A stretch of DNA of 63,432 bases, counting the filler, from Octopus bimaculoides (taxonomy: Eukaryota): assembly GCF_001194135.2 (NCBI RefSeq). It is 4 parts of 3 records of this genome, joined end to end, with 100 filler letters (N's around TTAATTAATTAA, not from the genome) between each part and the next. Parts side by side here need not be neighbours in the genome. Positions count along the whole stretch, not along the records: positions 1 to 22,366 come from NC_068983.1; positions 22,467 to 51,464 come from NC_068983.1; 2 more parts are not named here. One strand, written 5' to 3'. How positions within the stretch are numbered: position 1 is the stretch's first letter; each line of letters starts with the position of its first letter. Below, piece after piece: positions 14,456 through 26,392 of the stretch. The position numbers and the translations under genes were made by a program. The notes beneath the pieces are model-generated. The model did not search any database, was not told the DNA's origin, and was given only the letters and a program-made list of their open reading frames with translations.

Positions 14456-15922
14456 CGAGAGGAAGGAGAGATAAGATTATATATAGTATTTGAAAACCAA
14501 TCTACGTTTGACACGTGGCACCCCGGGCTCCTTCTGTGAAGATCACGAAATATAATGAAATAGTAAATGGGTTATATGCATTCAAATTTAACTCCTCCAC
14601 CTTGTTCCATTGTGCTCTGGTTCGACTATTATATTTTATAATAAATGATGCCGGATTGAAATGTAGTTACACGTCGAGAACATTTTCATTGCAGATTTTT
14701 ACGCATGGAAGTTTTTTCCAATATTGTATAGTATCGTTCAGTTGTTACTTGTAGTGGTTTCATGTTGCAGTACAAGTAGACTTATAAACTCGAGTTATTC
14801 TGCAACCACCGATACACAAGGGGACTTCTGTATGATTGCTCTACTTGGTAAGAATAGCAACCAAATTTCAATTAGATCACACTTCTACTGCCTTAAAAAG
14901 AAAGAACAGGTTCGTTGGATAATGAAGTTCTAATTACGTCAGAAAAAAGGACGAGATACACACGGTTGCAATAGCTTTCATTATAGATCTGATCGATTTG
15001 GGTTGATCAGAGACTAAACGATAATAACAACAAGCTAACTGGAGAGCCTATAAGTATTCGCTCGACCTAGAAGGAATAGTACAGAAGTAGCCTTCAAATT
15101 ACACTCTATCGCCTTAAAAAGGGAAAGATACAGTAAAGAAAGCTATCCTAGATACACTATACCTAAAATCAATACAGGGTGACTATGACTGGAAAAACTC
15201 TGGTTATAAATCTATTCAAGCAGAGCTAAGCCCAACCTAAATAGCATCAACCCAACTGCTTCGAAACAATGGGTTAGTTTCCATGAACTCAACTCAATTT
15301 GTCAATGTTTTCTGCATAAGAATCTTTCAGTCTTTAAAACTGGCACCAGCCGAGCCAACGAGAACAATTCTAAATAGCGCCGCATTATGCGCAATATATA
15401 AAATGAATTCCTTATAATTTCCTACCTGTTTAAAAAGTTTAACGATTGAGCGAATGACAGAGTTTGAATACAGTCGCTCTTCTTTGAAAGAGAGACGATA
15501 TGTGTTAAAGTCTTCAAATCAAAAGTCAGTATCTGCCACAATAAATGTGCGTTAGTGCAGATTAGAAATGCTAATCTACTGTTGTGTTAAGCAACTGTCT
15601 CTTGTGTCAAAGATATGCTCAATAATAAGAAGCCAGCAGTTGAGAGAAATATAAGTTGTTGCTGTTGTTGTTTTGACGTGTCTATTAAATATTATTTGCA
15701 AATCAGATTTGAGCTCACTCTAAGAAAAAAAACTTAGATAAATAAATATATAAATAAACAAACGAATATAAATAAATAAACCGATCGATACGGACGCAAT
15801 AATCAGGAATTTGTTAAAAGCTTCATAACATGATGAAATGCCAAACAAACAGACAAATACATCTTTTTGTTCATTTGCTGGTATTATTATTTTGTTGTTG
15901 TTGTTGGAATTATTTTGTTGCA

Positions 15923-15924
<2 letters not shown>

Positions 15925-15982
<58 letters not shown>
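15925..15982. repeat. (AAT)n microsatellite
   Basis: Visible trinucleotide run. Confidence 0.98.
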
Positions 15983-15984
<2 letters not shown>

Positions 15985-17299
15985 CATCATGGTCTGCTTA
16001 ACAGACTTCGTAATTTTTCCGCGTTGCAGACAATCTTCATTTCAATTGCAAGAGTTTTTTTTCTTTTTTCTTAAATTTATTAAATAATCAGGTGTTAGTT
16101 TATTGTATAAAAGTGAAAGACTAGAAAATTAAGTGTCAATTTTTTTTATCAACAACCTAATCCTATGTAATAATGTTTTATCGACAAAATTGCGACCGAC
16201 TGATTGTAAATTGTTTAAAAATTTAGAAGACATTCATTGAATGTCTCCTAAATTCTAAACAGTTTAGAGTTTGCTACGGATTTTAAATTGATAAATATTT
16301 ATCTGCCATCATAACAGACATTTCTTAGTTCGGGTTGTGAAGGAGTTCAATTAATTGTTTATTAGCAGGCTCCAAAAAATAGTAGCCAAATCTTCCTCGT
16401 TTCACCTTACCATTTTCAAGCAGAAAGGATGTATCGTATAATGTAGCCACAGATGAACTGTTTATGAAAAAATGACTGAAATGTCATAGCTGGGACGCTT
16501 TTGGCCATAAATCTGTTCAATCGCAGCTCAACAACAAGTAAAATTCCTACCAGCGAGAATAACTACTACCAGTAAATATAACAACTACCACTACTGCTAC
16601 TGCTGCTACTACTCCTGCTGCTGTTGTCACAACTGTTTTTACTACTTTGGTTTGTGCTCAACTGGGAACTGAAATCTAAACCCATTGCCCACAATCCCCA
16701 ATCATTAAAAAAAAAAGAGAGAACTGAAAGTTTAAAACAGTAATTAAGAAATCAGTAGACATGAGTTTAGAAAAGGGGAGGTGTACTGAATGACACAGGC
16801 AAAACATTCTTTATTCAGAGAAATCTGCGCTTGAGGAAGAAAAGGAAAACCTAGCAGTAATTGTTAGGCACCTCCAAATTAAGAGGGAGATAATTTGAAG
16901 AAATTAATTCTTATAAATTATAATATTCATATTTAGGTGAAAATCCGAGATAATTGGGAACTTCATTATACATGTTAATTTATATTGTTTGGAAGAAATT
17001 TATTTTGCTGGTAAGTAAAGTGACAGCTCGGATATTTCAGTCTTATCGAATTTTGACAGCGAAGCATAGCCAATCGCGAACCTGTTTGATCAGCCAAGGA
17101 AAATACTTGTATTCAGAAAAGTGAAAAACCAACAAAAAATTGGCATTGTTAGAACTGTATAATGAGCTAAGGAAAATAATTTAAGCGAACTAACGCCATG
17201 AATTTAGATAAGTAAGGTAAAAATGGTGATGTACTAAATCCCAACCCCAAAAGTCTCATTCCTGACGGTAAACCCCAGTCATGCTTTCTCTACTATTTC

Positions 17300-17700
17300 T
17301 ATAAACTGACGGACGTTCTATGCATGTTGTGAATAACTTGGGATATAAGATGAATTACTGTGTGCAAAGGCTGGTACTCCTAGCATTTACTCTCATAACC
17401 CACGTTCACTAGACGCTTGCTCTGTCGGCCTACAATAATAGGGTGTATCAATCAGTCGGTCACTTGTAAGAACATCGGTGATAATAGACATCCTTGCTTC
17501 GCACCACAGCTTTCCTTTCATTTATAAACAGACTTTCTTTTCCTGAATAATACATCAATTTTGGTGACATCTTAGTTCTTGAGATTGTCTCCCCTTCTCA
17601 TTTAAAGGTGTGTCCAATTGCCACCAAAAGACTGTTCAATCTTCTCTTGAAGCGAAGATGATTTCAATATATCAAGAATTTGCCTTGTATAGTAGTTAAT
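17300..17700 (-). mobile_element. Decayed RTE-like LINE reverse-transcriptase fragment
   Basis: Minus strand gives GAKQGCLLSPMF (RT motif B, GV.QGC.LSP.LF type) near 17470-17505, and upstream IIFA../LQEKIEQ, like RTE 'IF.LRQLQEK..EQ'. Many stops and frameshifts. Confidence 0.55.
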
Positions 17701-17949
17701 ATACCCGCTTGTTTGTTGTTTTGATAGTCAGCTATATATATATATATATATATATANNNNNNNNNNNNNNNNNNNNNNNNNNNNNNNNNNNNNNNNNNNN
17801 NNNNNNNNNNNNNNNNNNNNNNNNNNNNNNNNNNNNNNNNNNNNNNNNNNNNNNNNNNNNNNNNNNNNNNNNNNNNNNNNNNNNNNATGCATGTATGTAT
17901 GTATGAATAATATATGGAAGATAAGTATGCATATGCGCACGCGCAAGGG

Positions 17950-18000
17950 ACACATGAGGTTGGGAAGCAAGCTCCTTACCACATACCCACTCCTACGCCT
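17950..18000 (-). mobile_element. SINE family A head fragment
   Basis: Reverse complement 'aggcgtaggagtgggtatgtggtaaggagcttgcttcccaacc' matches the head at 18042. Confidence 0.85.
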
Positions 18001-18007
18001 CTACAGA

Positions 18008-18041
<34 letters not shown>

Positions 18042-18045
<4 letters not shown>

Positions 18046-19430
18046 CGCAGGAGTGGCTGTGTGGTAAGTAGCTTGCTTGCCAACCATGTGGTTCCGGGTT
18101 CAGTCTCACTGCGTGGCACCTTGGGTACAGGACGTCACCAACTGTGTAAGCATGAAGTATGAAAACAAACTAGTTAAATACGCACACAACGAGAGAAAAA
18201 TGGAAAACAGGACAAGTAACACAAAGAACGACCCTTCATCAGGTGTCGGCTGTCTATCTACTCCTCATTTCGAGCATTCAACGACAATATGAGTCTTCGA
18301 AGACAATTACTCCCATAAATTCTAAAATTGAAAATTTTGGATTTATGGAGGATCAAAGTTGGGAACAAAAACAGGACAGTGGAGACATACAAGAAAACCG
18401 AACGGAGAGGAAAATAGTTAACTCTAGAAGAAATATTCTCTTTGAAAAGAGAAAAGAGAGAAGAGAGAGATAGAAGACTCCAGTCCTTAGAACGTCGTGC
18501 AGGAAAAGAAAGATGGCTACGTGAGGAAAACAAAGATGGACGATGGTCACGTGTGAGCAACGAGAGAAAGAAAAAGAGAAGAGGGGAGAGAGATAGAAAA
18601 CGGTGAAGGGGAGGAAAAGGGAATATATATATATATATATANNNNNNNNNNNNNNNNNNNNNNNNNNNNNNNNNNNNNNNNNNNNNNNNNNNNNNNNNNN
18701 NNNNNNNNNNNNNNNNNNNNNNNNNNNNNNNNNNNNNNNNNNNNNNNNNNNNNNNNNNNNNNNNNNNNNNNNNNNNNNNNNNNNNNNNNNNNNNNNNNNN
18801 NNNNNNNNNNNNNNNNNNNNNNNNNNNNNNNNNNNNNNNNNNNNNNNNNNNNNNNNNNNNNNNNNNNNNNNNNNNNNNNNNNNNNNNNNNNNNNNNNNNN
18901 NNNNNNNNNNNNNNNNNNNNNNNNNNNNNNNNNNNNNNNNNNNNNNNNNNNNNNNNNNNNNNNNNNNNNNNNNNNNNNNNNNNNNNNNNNNNNNNNNNNN
19001 NNNNNNNNNNNNNNNNNNNNNNNNNNNNNNNNNNNNNNNNNNNNNNNNNNNNNNNNNNNNNNNNNNNNNNNNNNNNNNNNNNNNNNNNNNNNNNNNNNNN
19101 NNNNNNNNNNNNNNNNNNNNNNNNNNNNNNNNNNNNNNNNNNNNNNNNNNNNNNNNNNNNNNNNNNNNNNNNNNNNNNNNNNNNNNNNNNNNNNNNNNNN
19201 NNNNNNNATATACGTATATATTTGTGTGTGTCCGTGTTTGTCCCCGCACCATCGTTTGACAACCGATGTTGGTGTGTTTACATCCCCGTAACTTAGCGGT
19301 TCGGCAAAAGCAACCGATTGAATAAATACTAGGCTTACAAAGAAAAAGTCCTGGGACCGATTTTTTCAACTAAAGGTGGTGTTCCAGCATGGCCGCAGTC
19401 AAATGACTGAAACAAGTAAAAGAATAAAAG
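18042..19430 (+). mobile_element. SINE family A, interrupted (head 18042-18125; body and tail 19209-19430)
   Basis: Head 'aaggcgcaggagtggctgtgtggtaagtagcttgc..ggttccgggttcag..gcgtggcaccttggg'; tail 'ccagcatggccgcagtcaaatgactgaaacaagtaaaagaataaaag'. An unrelated insert (about 18126-18630) and a gap lie between them; that head and tail belong to one copy is inferred. Confidence 0.7.
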
Positions 19431-21072
19431 TATATATATATATATACATGTAAGAAGAGTTAAGTCAACGACTTGTTCATGTTTCCAAGAAATACAGAGT
19501 GACAGTGCTAGTGCAGCCAATTGCCTTTGATGCACATTTCAGGAGGACAAACAGAAAGACGGAAACTCACTGCTAATTATATCATTATAGTGTAATGTAT
19601 TTTTTTAAATTAGAACATCGAGACAGTAAGTAGTGTGGTAACGAAGATCTCGTCTCAAAGTTAAGATTAGTGGAAAAAAATTTTTTTTTTAAATTTTAAT
19701 AAAAACTCTCATGTATTATATTCCCATAATAATTGGATTTTATCGTTTGCAAACGCTGAAAGTTCATTTCAAATGAAGTAAGATACAGCGTTAACATTTC
19801 CGACAATGAATATTAATGTAATATTTGAATTATTCAAATTATTATGCATAAACTCTTAGCTCCAGAATGCAAATATCTATTTTAATAATTCAGTAACTAT
19901 ATGTACATAATGAGAAATCAAACTAAGCTACATTTGCAGTGATGAGGAACCATATAACTAGCTTTACAAAATGGAAACAAATACAAGCAGATGGGCTCGT
20001 AACTACCTGATTTCAATTACAATCTTAATGGGAAAGTGTCTTGTAGCAGAGCCTCGGACTGACCAAAACCTTGTGAAATTTAGTAGAGTGAAACTATGTG
20101 GAAGCCCATAGAGGACACAGTGCCTATTGTGTAGCGGTAAACTGAATCGCACAAAACAATACCACCAACTTCAGCTTGGGTACGTCTACTGAACTGCAAT
20201 CTTTTTCACATATTCGAACTTGGACTACAGTCTAAAGATAACCTGTTTTCTGTCCCACCAATTTCAGAGGCGCTGAAATCGTTCATGGACAACGGCCAAG
20301 CTATAAGAGTTATTTAAAAATAAAAAGAGAAAGGGTAACTCGTGGTGGTATATATGTGATGTGGTGGTTCTAATAATGCGGTATTGATCCTTAAGTTCAT
20401 ATGTTATGTTTAATGGTTAATAGTGAACTTTATTGGTAACAGGATTTGAATAAAAGGAAATACAGGAGAATCAGTAAATTATGATTTATTCACCATATTC
20501 CCGTCTCAGATTCATACACTTATTGCAGCGGTTCTTCAGTTTTTCTAAGCCCTGTAAAAGAATTCGGATAGCCTTTCTCGATACCCTTAAAGCCAGGAAC
20601 TTTTCACCACACCTTCGTAAGTACAAAGAGACGAAGATGGTAGTTACATGCTAGGGACGAAATAGGAGAGGTCTTAAACTTTAATAGTTTTTTTTTTCCT
20701 TTAATATAGGCACAGGGTCACAGAGTTGAGTATGTGTGCTGTTGAGGGAGAATAGTCAATTATATAGAATCAAGCACTTATATATATTTTAACGACTAAG
20801 GAAGGAGGAAACAACGACCTCTATGGACTCGGAAATCGTACAGACGGTATTTAATCCAGTTCTTTACTGATCCTGCCTTTAATCACATTGAGAAATGATA
20901 ATATTGAAATTGTCTGTTTGGAGAAATATATTTATGGCGCAAACAACAGATCACACATACACACGCAAGTGTGTAAATGTGCATATTATGTTTTTGGCAT
21001 ACGTATAATTTGTGCATACATATAATCCATTTCCGTTTTCTCCTCATCTTTCTTTCTCCCTCAATCTCTTTC

Positions 21073-21143
<71 letters not shown>

Positions 21144-21933
21144 CTCTTCTCGCCATTCCCTCTCTTTCTATGCTCATACATAGATACATGTATAATGATT
21201 AATATATAATATAATTTTTCACACATATATAGATATAAGTATATATACATATATGCATCTGTATGCGCGGGTACGTATATGTTTGTATATTGTTCTGGCT
21301 GTGTCATCTTTAAATATGTGATTGATATCATGATAAAGAATCTTCTGGCGCTGCAATGTGACGAAGGTCGAAGTTCAGATATAGAAAATTAGATAAATAT
21401 GAATTTTATTCGTAGCGCCAAATATCTCTATTAATACGAATTAGTTTCTCGAATATGTATAACGAATCTAAAATTAACCAGACAATATACCATATATACA
21501 TTGTTTTTCTTTTTAAATTGAAGATAATGCTTCATTTTCATTGGAAAATTTATTTTGAACTTTCACATGAAAATCTATCATTTAATTTGCAAATAGCGTG
21601 ATACATACAGGCGTAAAGATCAATTCTGAATAAAGGAAACCGTTTTGAAAATATGTTACTGTTATACATTATGTTCACTGGTAAAGTGCTGGAGGCGGTA
21701 CAGGCGAGAGAACAGTGCATTTAAACATTTTACAATATTTATATTCTTCATCTTTTCTCTGGATTCAAAAAATACTTCTCCAATGATCAGTTGCTGACCC
21801 TTTAAAGAGAGCTGTTACTATTGCTGTTGCTGCACAGATATTTCAAACAGCATCTAAAACAAAACCATCGACTTGATTGATAGGCAAAAACTCACCAACA
21901 CGCTACATCTAAAGACGTGTTGGTTATGCTCTT

Positions 21934-21935
<2 letters not shown>

Positions 21936-21984
<49 letters not shown>

Positions 21985-22047
21985 CACTACTACTACCACT
22001 ACTACTACTACTACTACTACACCGCAACTATCACCACAACAACAACA

Positions 22048-22104
<57 letters not shown>
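21936..22104. repeat. Compound (ACT)n-(AAC)-(AAT)n microsatellite
   Basis: Visible; the (AAT)n part is the (ATT)n tail of the adjacent minus-strand SINE B. Confidence 0.97.
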
Positions 22105-22310
22105 CCTTTCTACTGGATGCACAAGGCCTCAAATTTGGGGGAGGGGACTAGTCGATTACGCAGACCCCAGTGTTTCACTGGTACTTAATTTATCGACTCC
22201 GAAAGGATGAAAGGCAACGTCGACCTCGGCGGAATTTGAACTCCGAGCGTAAAGACGGACGAAATGCCGCTAAGCCCGGTATGATAACGGTTCTGCCAGC
22301 TTGCCACCTT
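22105..22310 (-). mobile_element. tRNA-headed SINE family B, near complete
   Basis: Minus strand: 'aaggtggcaagctggcagaaccgtta..gagttcaaattccgccgaggtcgacgttgcctttcatcctttcggagtcgataaattaagtaccag..' ending in (ATT)n. B-box-like GTTCAAATTCC. Confidence 0.9.
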
Positions 22311-22315
22311 AATGA

Positions 22316-22346
<31 letters not shown>

Positions 22347-22466
22347 AAGAAGAAGAAGAAGAAGAANNNNNNNNNNNNNNNNNNNNNNNNNNNNNNNNNN
22401 NNNNNNNNNNTTAATTAATTAANNNNNNNNNNNNNNNNNNNNNNNNNNNNNNNNNNNNNNNNNNNN

Positions 22467-22508
<42 letters not shown>

Positions 22509-22698
22509 CTTATGTGTCTGTGTTTGTCTCCCAGCATCGGCTGACAACCAATGTTGGTGTGTTTTTCGGCAAAAGAGACCGATAGAATAAGTACTAGCCT
22601 TACAAAGAATAAGTCCAGGGGTCGATTTGCTCGACTATAGGCGGTGCTCCAGCATAGCTTCACTCCAGTGACTAAAACTAGTAAAAGAATAAAAAGAC
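22467..22698 (+). mobile_element. SINE family A 3' half
   Basis: (TG)n, then 'gacaaccaatgttggtgtg..gatagaataagtactagccttacaaagaataagtcc..aaaactagtaaaagaataaaa'. Confidence 0.85.
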
Positions 22699-23105
22699 GA
22701 GTCTGAAATATTAAATACGTTAAGTGTATAATAGATTTTTCATACTGAGGTAATATTTTTCATTTACAATCTAGATGCTGTAGTTCAAAGTTATAAATAT
22801 AATATGAATCACGTGTTCATATAATATGAGCAAGACCAAAAAAGAAAAAAAACTAACACAAGATTGCTAATTCTGTGTCAACAGATGTTGGCGGAAGCAT
22901 CAAGAAAAGATCGATTATCATACGGTCAAACTTTGATGTGGCCAACATGAATTGAAAAAAAATAAATGTTTTACCTCTGATCGACGAAAAAATAATTGCC
23001 ATGATGAATATACAAAGAAATACGCTATTTTCATTAAATCTTTTTTTTTATTTGTTCTTCTATTTTATTCTGCATTCCCTGTTAATTTCACCTTTGTGGT
23101 TCAAA

Positions 23106-23231
23106 GCAACAACAACAACAACAATAAATACATCAACAACGGCGACGATGGCGATAATGATGACAATGATGATGATAATCATGAAGAGGATGATGACGCC
23201 GACGGCGACGATGATAATAATAATAATAATG

Positions 23232-23311
<80 letters not shown>

Positions 23312-23372
23312 AAGAAGAAGAAGAAGAAGAAGAAGAAGAAGAAGAAGAAGAAGAAGAAGAAGAAGAAGAAGA
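23106..23372. repeat. Compound trinucleotide tract (AAC)/(GAT)/(AAT)n/(AAG)n
   Basis: Visible; explains the poly-N/K/I/R/L/F ORFs. Confidence 0.97.
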
Positions 23373-23521
23373 ACCATTGCAACGCTGCTCATAGAATGAA
23401 ACGACTAAATGGTAGATTTAATAAAACAGCTGAGAAAAAGCAAAATAATGAATGCTTTGCTTCATACAAGGTACTTCCTGTTTATACATGCATGCATACA
23501 CACACACATACACACACACAG

Positions 23522-24030
23522 AGGACTAGATCGAATTCCTAACATCTGGATAAATTATCTGTTAGAAGTATACCAAAATTTCGCTGCATCTCTGAATTAT
23601 GTCATTCAGAACCCAGAGCAAATACTTGCCTGGCTAACCGCAGGAACAACATACCTTCTACCATAAACTGACGATACAAAAAAATCCAAAGAACTACCGA
23701 CCGATAAGATGTCTCAACACCACATACAAGATCCTCTCATCCATATTAACTAACAGAATATACGCTTTTCCTGACCAGACATCTGTCCTTCCACAAGCTC
23801 AAAAAGGCTGTTAAAAGAATTCTTGTAGGTGCAAAGCTCAATTACTCATAAGTAAAATGATTTTAGAGAATTGCCGGGGCAACAAGAAACTGAGTATGTC
23901 ATGGATAGACTACAGGAAAGCGTTTGATAATGTCTCACATGACTGGATACCATACGACAATAAATCATCTGTTTTATATGAACGATCTGAAGCTATTTAC
24001 TAGAAATGACGAAGAGTTAGCAGGGTTATT
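23522..24030 (+). mobile_element. R4/Dong-clade non-LTR retrotransposon RT fragment (pseudogenised, internally deleted)
   Basis: Translates across frameshifts to GLDRIPNIW..WLTAGTTYLLP, KNYRPIRCLNTTYKILSSIL, QKGC, QLLISKMIL, WIDYRKAFDNVSHDWI, then jumps to INHLFYMNDLKLF. These are RT motifs typical of R4/Dong elements. Confidence 0.85.
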
Positions 24031-24061
24031 GGCGATTTAAATGTGGTCATTGGCGATTTAA

Positions 24062-24614
24062 ATGTGGTGATTGACCATTTAAAGTCTATTCTCAGCATAT
24101 TTGTCATTGGAATTTTTTCCTTTTGCCCTTATCTATAAGTCGTTTATACTTTTCACCTTAAAAGGTATTTTTTAATATGCTGGCCACTTATAAAATTTTC
24201 GGAAAATTTTATCCTATATTAGATGTAAATTTATTACCATTCAGTTCCGGACTGTCTCTTACTCTATGGGAATTTTCAGTCTGGTCACACGTGTCTCGAG
24301 GTGTACAGTAAAATTTATATTTGGATATATTTGGGGTACTTAAGTGTACACATGACTTTGCGTGTGCTTCTTCCATGGGTGCAAGTAAGTATTTCATTTA
24401 TTTCTTAACGTATTTACCGCTGATGATGAGAAAATTCTTTATGAATTAACTCAGAAATCGGAGCGATTCGGTAATAACGGAATTTTTTAGAAATTTCTGT
24501 CAGCTTGCTTCGAGTCGCGTGCTTATAGTGATGAATTGTATGTGGTTATTGACGATTTAAAGTCTATTCTCAGCATATTTGGCATTGGAATTTTTTCTTT
24601 TGTCCTTATATATA
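24062..24614 (+). mobile_element. Short non-coding HHR-bearing element with terminal direct repeat (retrozyme / non-autonomous Penelope-like)
   Basis: About 75-nt direct repeat at 24062-24137 and 24540-24614 (offset 478, about 5-6 differences by eye) flanking a body that contains an intact hammerhead motif. Confidence 0.65.
24414..24474 (+). ncRNA. Type I hammerhead ribozyme
   Basis: Stem I TTACCG/CGGTAA; core CTGATGA (24420-26); stem II TGAG/CTCA + AA/AA internal loop + AATTC/GAATT with loop TTTAT; GAAA (24454-57); stem III ATCG/CGAT with loop GAG; cleavage triplet AUU (24466-68). Confidence 0.85.
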
Positions 24615-24754
24615 TATATATATATATATATNNNNNNNNNNNNNNNNNNNNNNNNNNNNNNNNNNNNNNNNNNNNNNNNNNNNNNNNNNNNNNNNNNNNN
24701 NNNNNNNNNNNNNNNNNNNNNNNNNNNNNNNNNNNNNNNNNNNNNNNNNNNNNN

Positions 24755-25654
24755 AAATCTGAAAATGCACCTATACTCATGGGTATTTGACCATGCGACA
24801 TCAAAATCACATAAGGAAAGGCATTAACAAATTTATCGGCTAGTGAGTTCCCCACTTCTCCCCGAGAATCTATCCCATGTGCGCCACAAACAGTCCCGCA
24901 GAAAAAGACTACAGTTTAACCATCCAATAGAAGACATCAATATAAATACAGATATAGGGCAGGGAAATGCCAATTAGTTAATAAAATTAATAATTAACAA
25001 TTTTGCCAAGTAGTTCAGTATGCAAAAAAACCTTTATCGGTAAAAACCTTTATAATCATAAATATATAGGGGTCAGCATGAGTTGCTTCACCAACATACT
25101 GAAAATTTAGAAATAGCAGTCAAAGAACTACTAACTCCAAACTACAATATCTGTATTTATATTGATGTCTTCTATTGGATAGTTAAACTGTAGTCTTTTT
25201 CTGCGGGACTGTTTGTGGCGCACATGGGATAGATTCTCGGGGAGAAGTGGGGAACTCACTAGCCGATAAATTTGTTAATGCCTTTCAATGTGATTTTGAT
25301 GTCGCATCGTCAAATACCCATGAGTATATGGGCATTTTCAGATTTATTTGTACATCATGCTGAAGAGTGGAGAAGAGTTTTATATTCTTAATCACGAAAC
25401 GTCGTACATGATTAACTAAAGGCAGGATTGTTTTTGTTTTCTCTTCTGTTTTTGTTCTATGTGTGCCGTAAATATCGCCATCCGTTAGAGAAAAAATTGT
25501 AGTTTGGAATTAGTAGTTCTTTGACTGCTATTTCTAAATTTTCAGTATGTTGGTGAAGCAACTCATGCTGACCCCTATATATTTATGATTATAAATGTTT
25601 TACCGATAAAGGCTTTTTTGCATACTGAACTACTTGGCAAAATTGTTAATTATT
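24755..25654. mobile_element. Head-to-head pair of permuted copies of an about 540-nt HHR-bearing unit
   Basis: A (24755-24956) is the reverse complement of A' (25147-25348); B (24990-25148) is the reverse complement of B' (25496-25654). The copies are similar but not identical. The HHR lies between A' and B'. Confidence 0.75.
25354..25412 (+). ncRNA. Type I hammerhead ribozyme (short, palindromic stem III)
   Basis: Stem I ATCATG/CATGAT; core CTGAAGA (25360-66); stem II GTGG/TCAC + AG/AA internal loop + AAGAGT/ATTCTT with loop TTTAT; GAAA (25396-99); stem III ACGTCGT (near-palindrome); cleavage triplet GUA (25404-06). Confidence 0.82.
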
Positions 25655-26157
25655 NNNNNNNNNNNNNNNNNNNNNNNNNNNNNNNNNNNNNNNNNNNNNN
25701 NNNNNNNNNNNNNNNNNNNNNNNNNNNNNNNNNNNNNNNNNNNNNNNNNNNNNNNNNNNNNNNNNNNNNNNNNNNNNNNNNNNNNNNNNNNNNNNNNNNN
25801 NNNNNNNNNNNNNNNNNNNNNNNNNNNNNNNNNNNNNNNNNNNNNNNNNNNNNNNNNNNNNNNNNNNNNNNNNNNNNNNNNNNNNNNNNNNNNNNNNNNN
25901 NNNNNNNNNNNNNNNNNNNNNNNNNNNNNNNNNNNNNNNNNNNNNNNNNNNNNNNNNNNNNNNNNNNNNNNNNNNNNNNNNNNNNNNNNNNNNNNNNNNN
26001 NNNNNNNNNNNNNNNNNNNNNNNNNNNNNNNNNNNNNNNNNNNNNNNNNNNNNNNNNNNNNNNNNNNNNNNNNNNNNNNNNNNNNNNNNNNNNNNNNNNN
26101 NNNNNNNNNNNNNNNNNNNNNNNNNNNNNNNNNNNNNNNNNNNNNNNNNNNNNNNNN

Positions 26158-26392
26158 ATATTCCGGGGACGTGATAAAATATATTCAGACAAATACATGA
26201 CAAAAGCACCAGGACTTCGAAGTATATATAACATACAGAAAATTGTACTACTGGGCGCTGCACACATCCTACGCAAAACACTTTCAATACAGTAACCATA
26301 AGAACATCACAGCAAACCACAGCACATACCCAAGGCACACAGAGCTGCGCTCGGTAGTGAAGTGAAAGCACGTTATAAAAATAAAACTTCTA

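Noticed and set aside
16937-17009. AG...GTAAGT-bounded exon candidate
   Set aside because: Stops in all three frames.
22411-22422. TTAATTAATTAA palindrome inside an N-run (also 51509-51520 and 60858-60869)
   Set aside because: Sits in the middle of a 100-nt gap (44 N + 12 + 44 N, counted at the first site) and has stops in all six frames: an artificial scaffolding linker.
22952-23542. 196-aa poly-Asn/Lys/Asp ORF and similar VC/TH/YI/RE-repeat ORFs
   Set aside because: Translations of microsatellites; no domain content.
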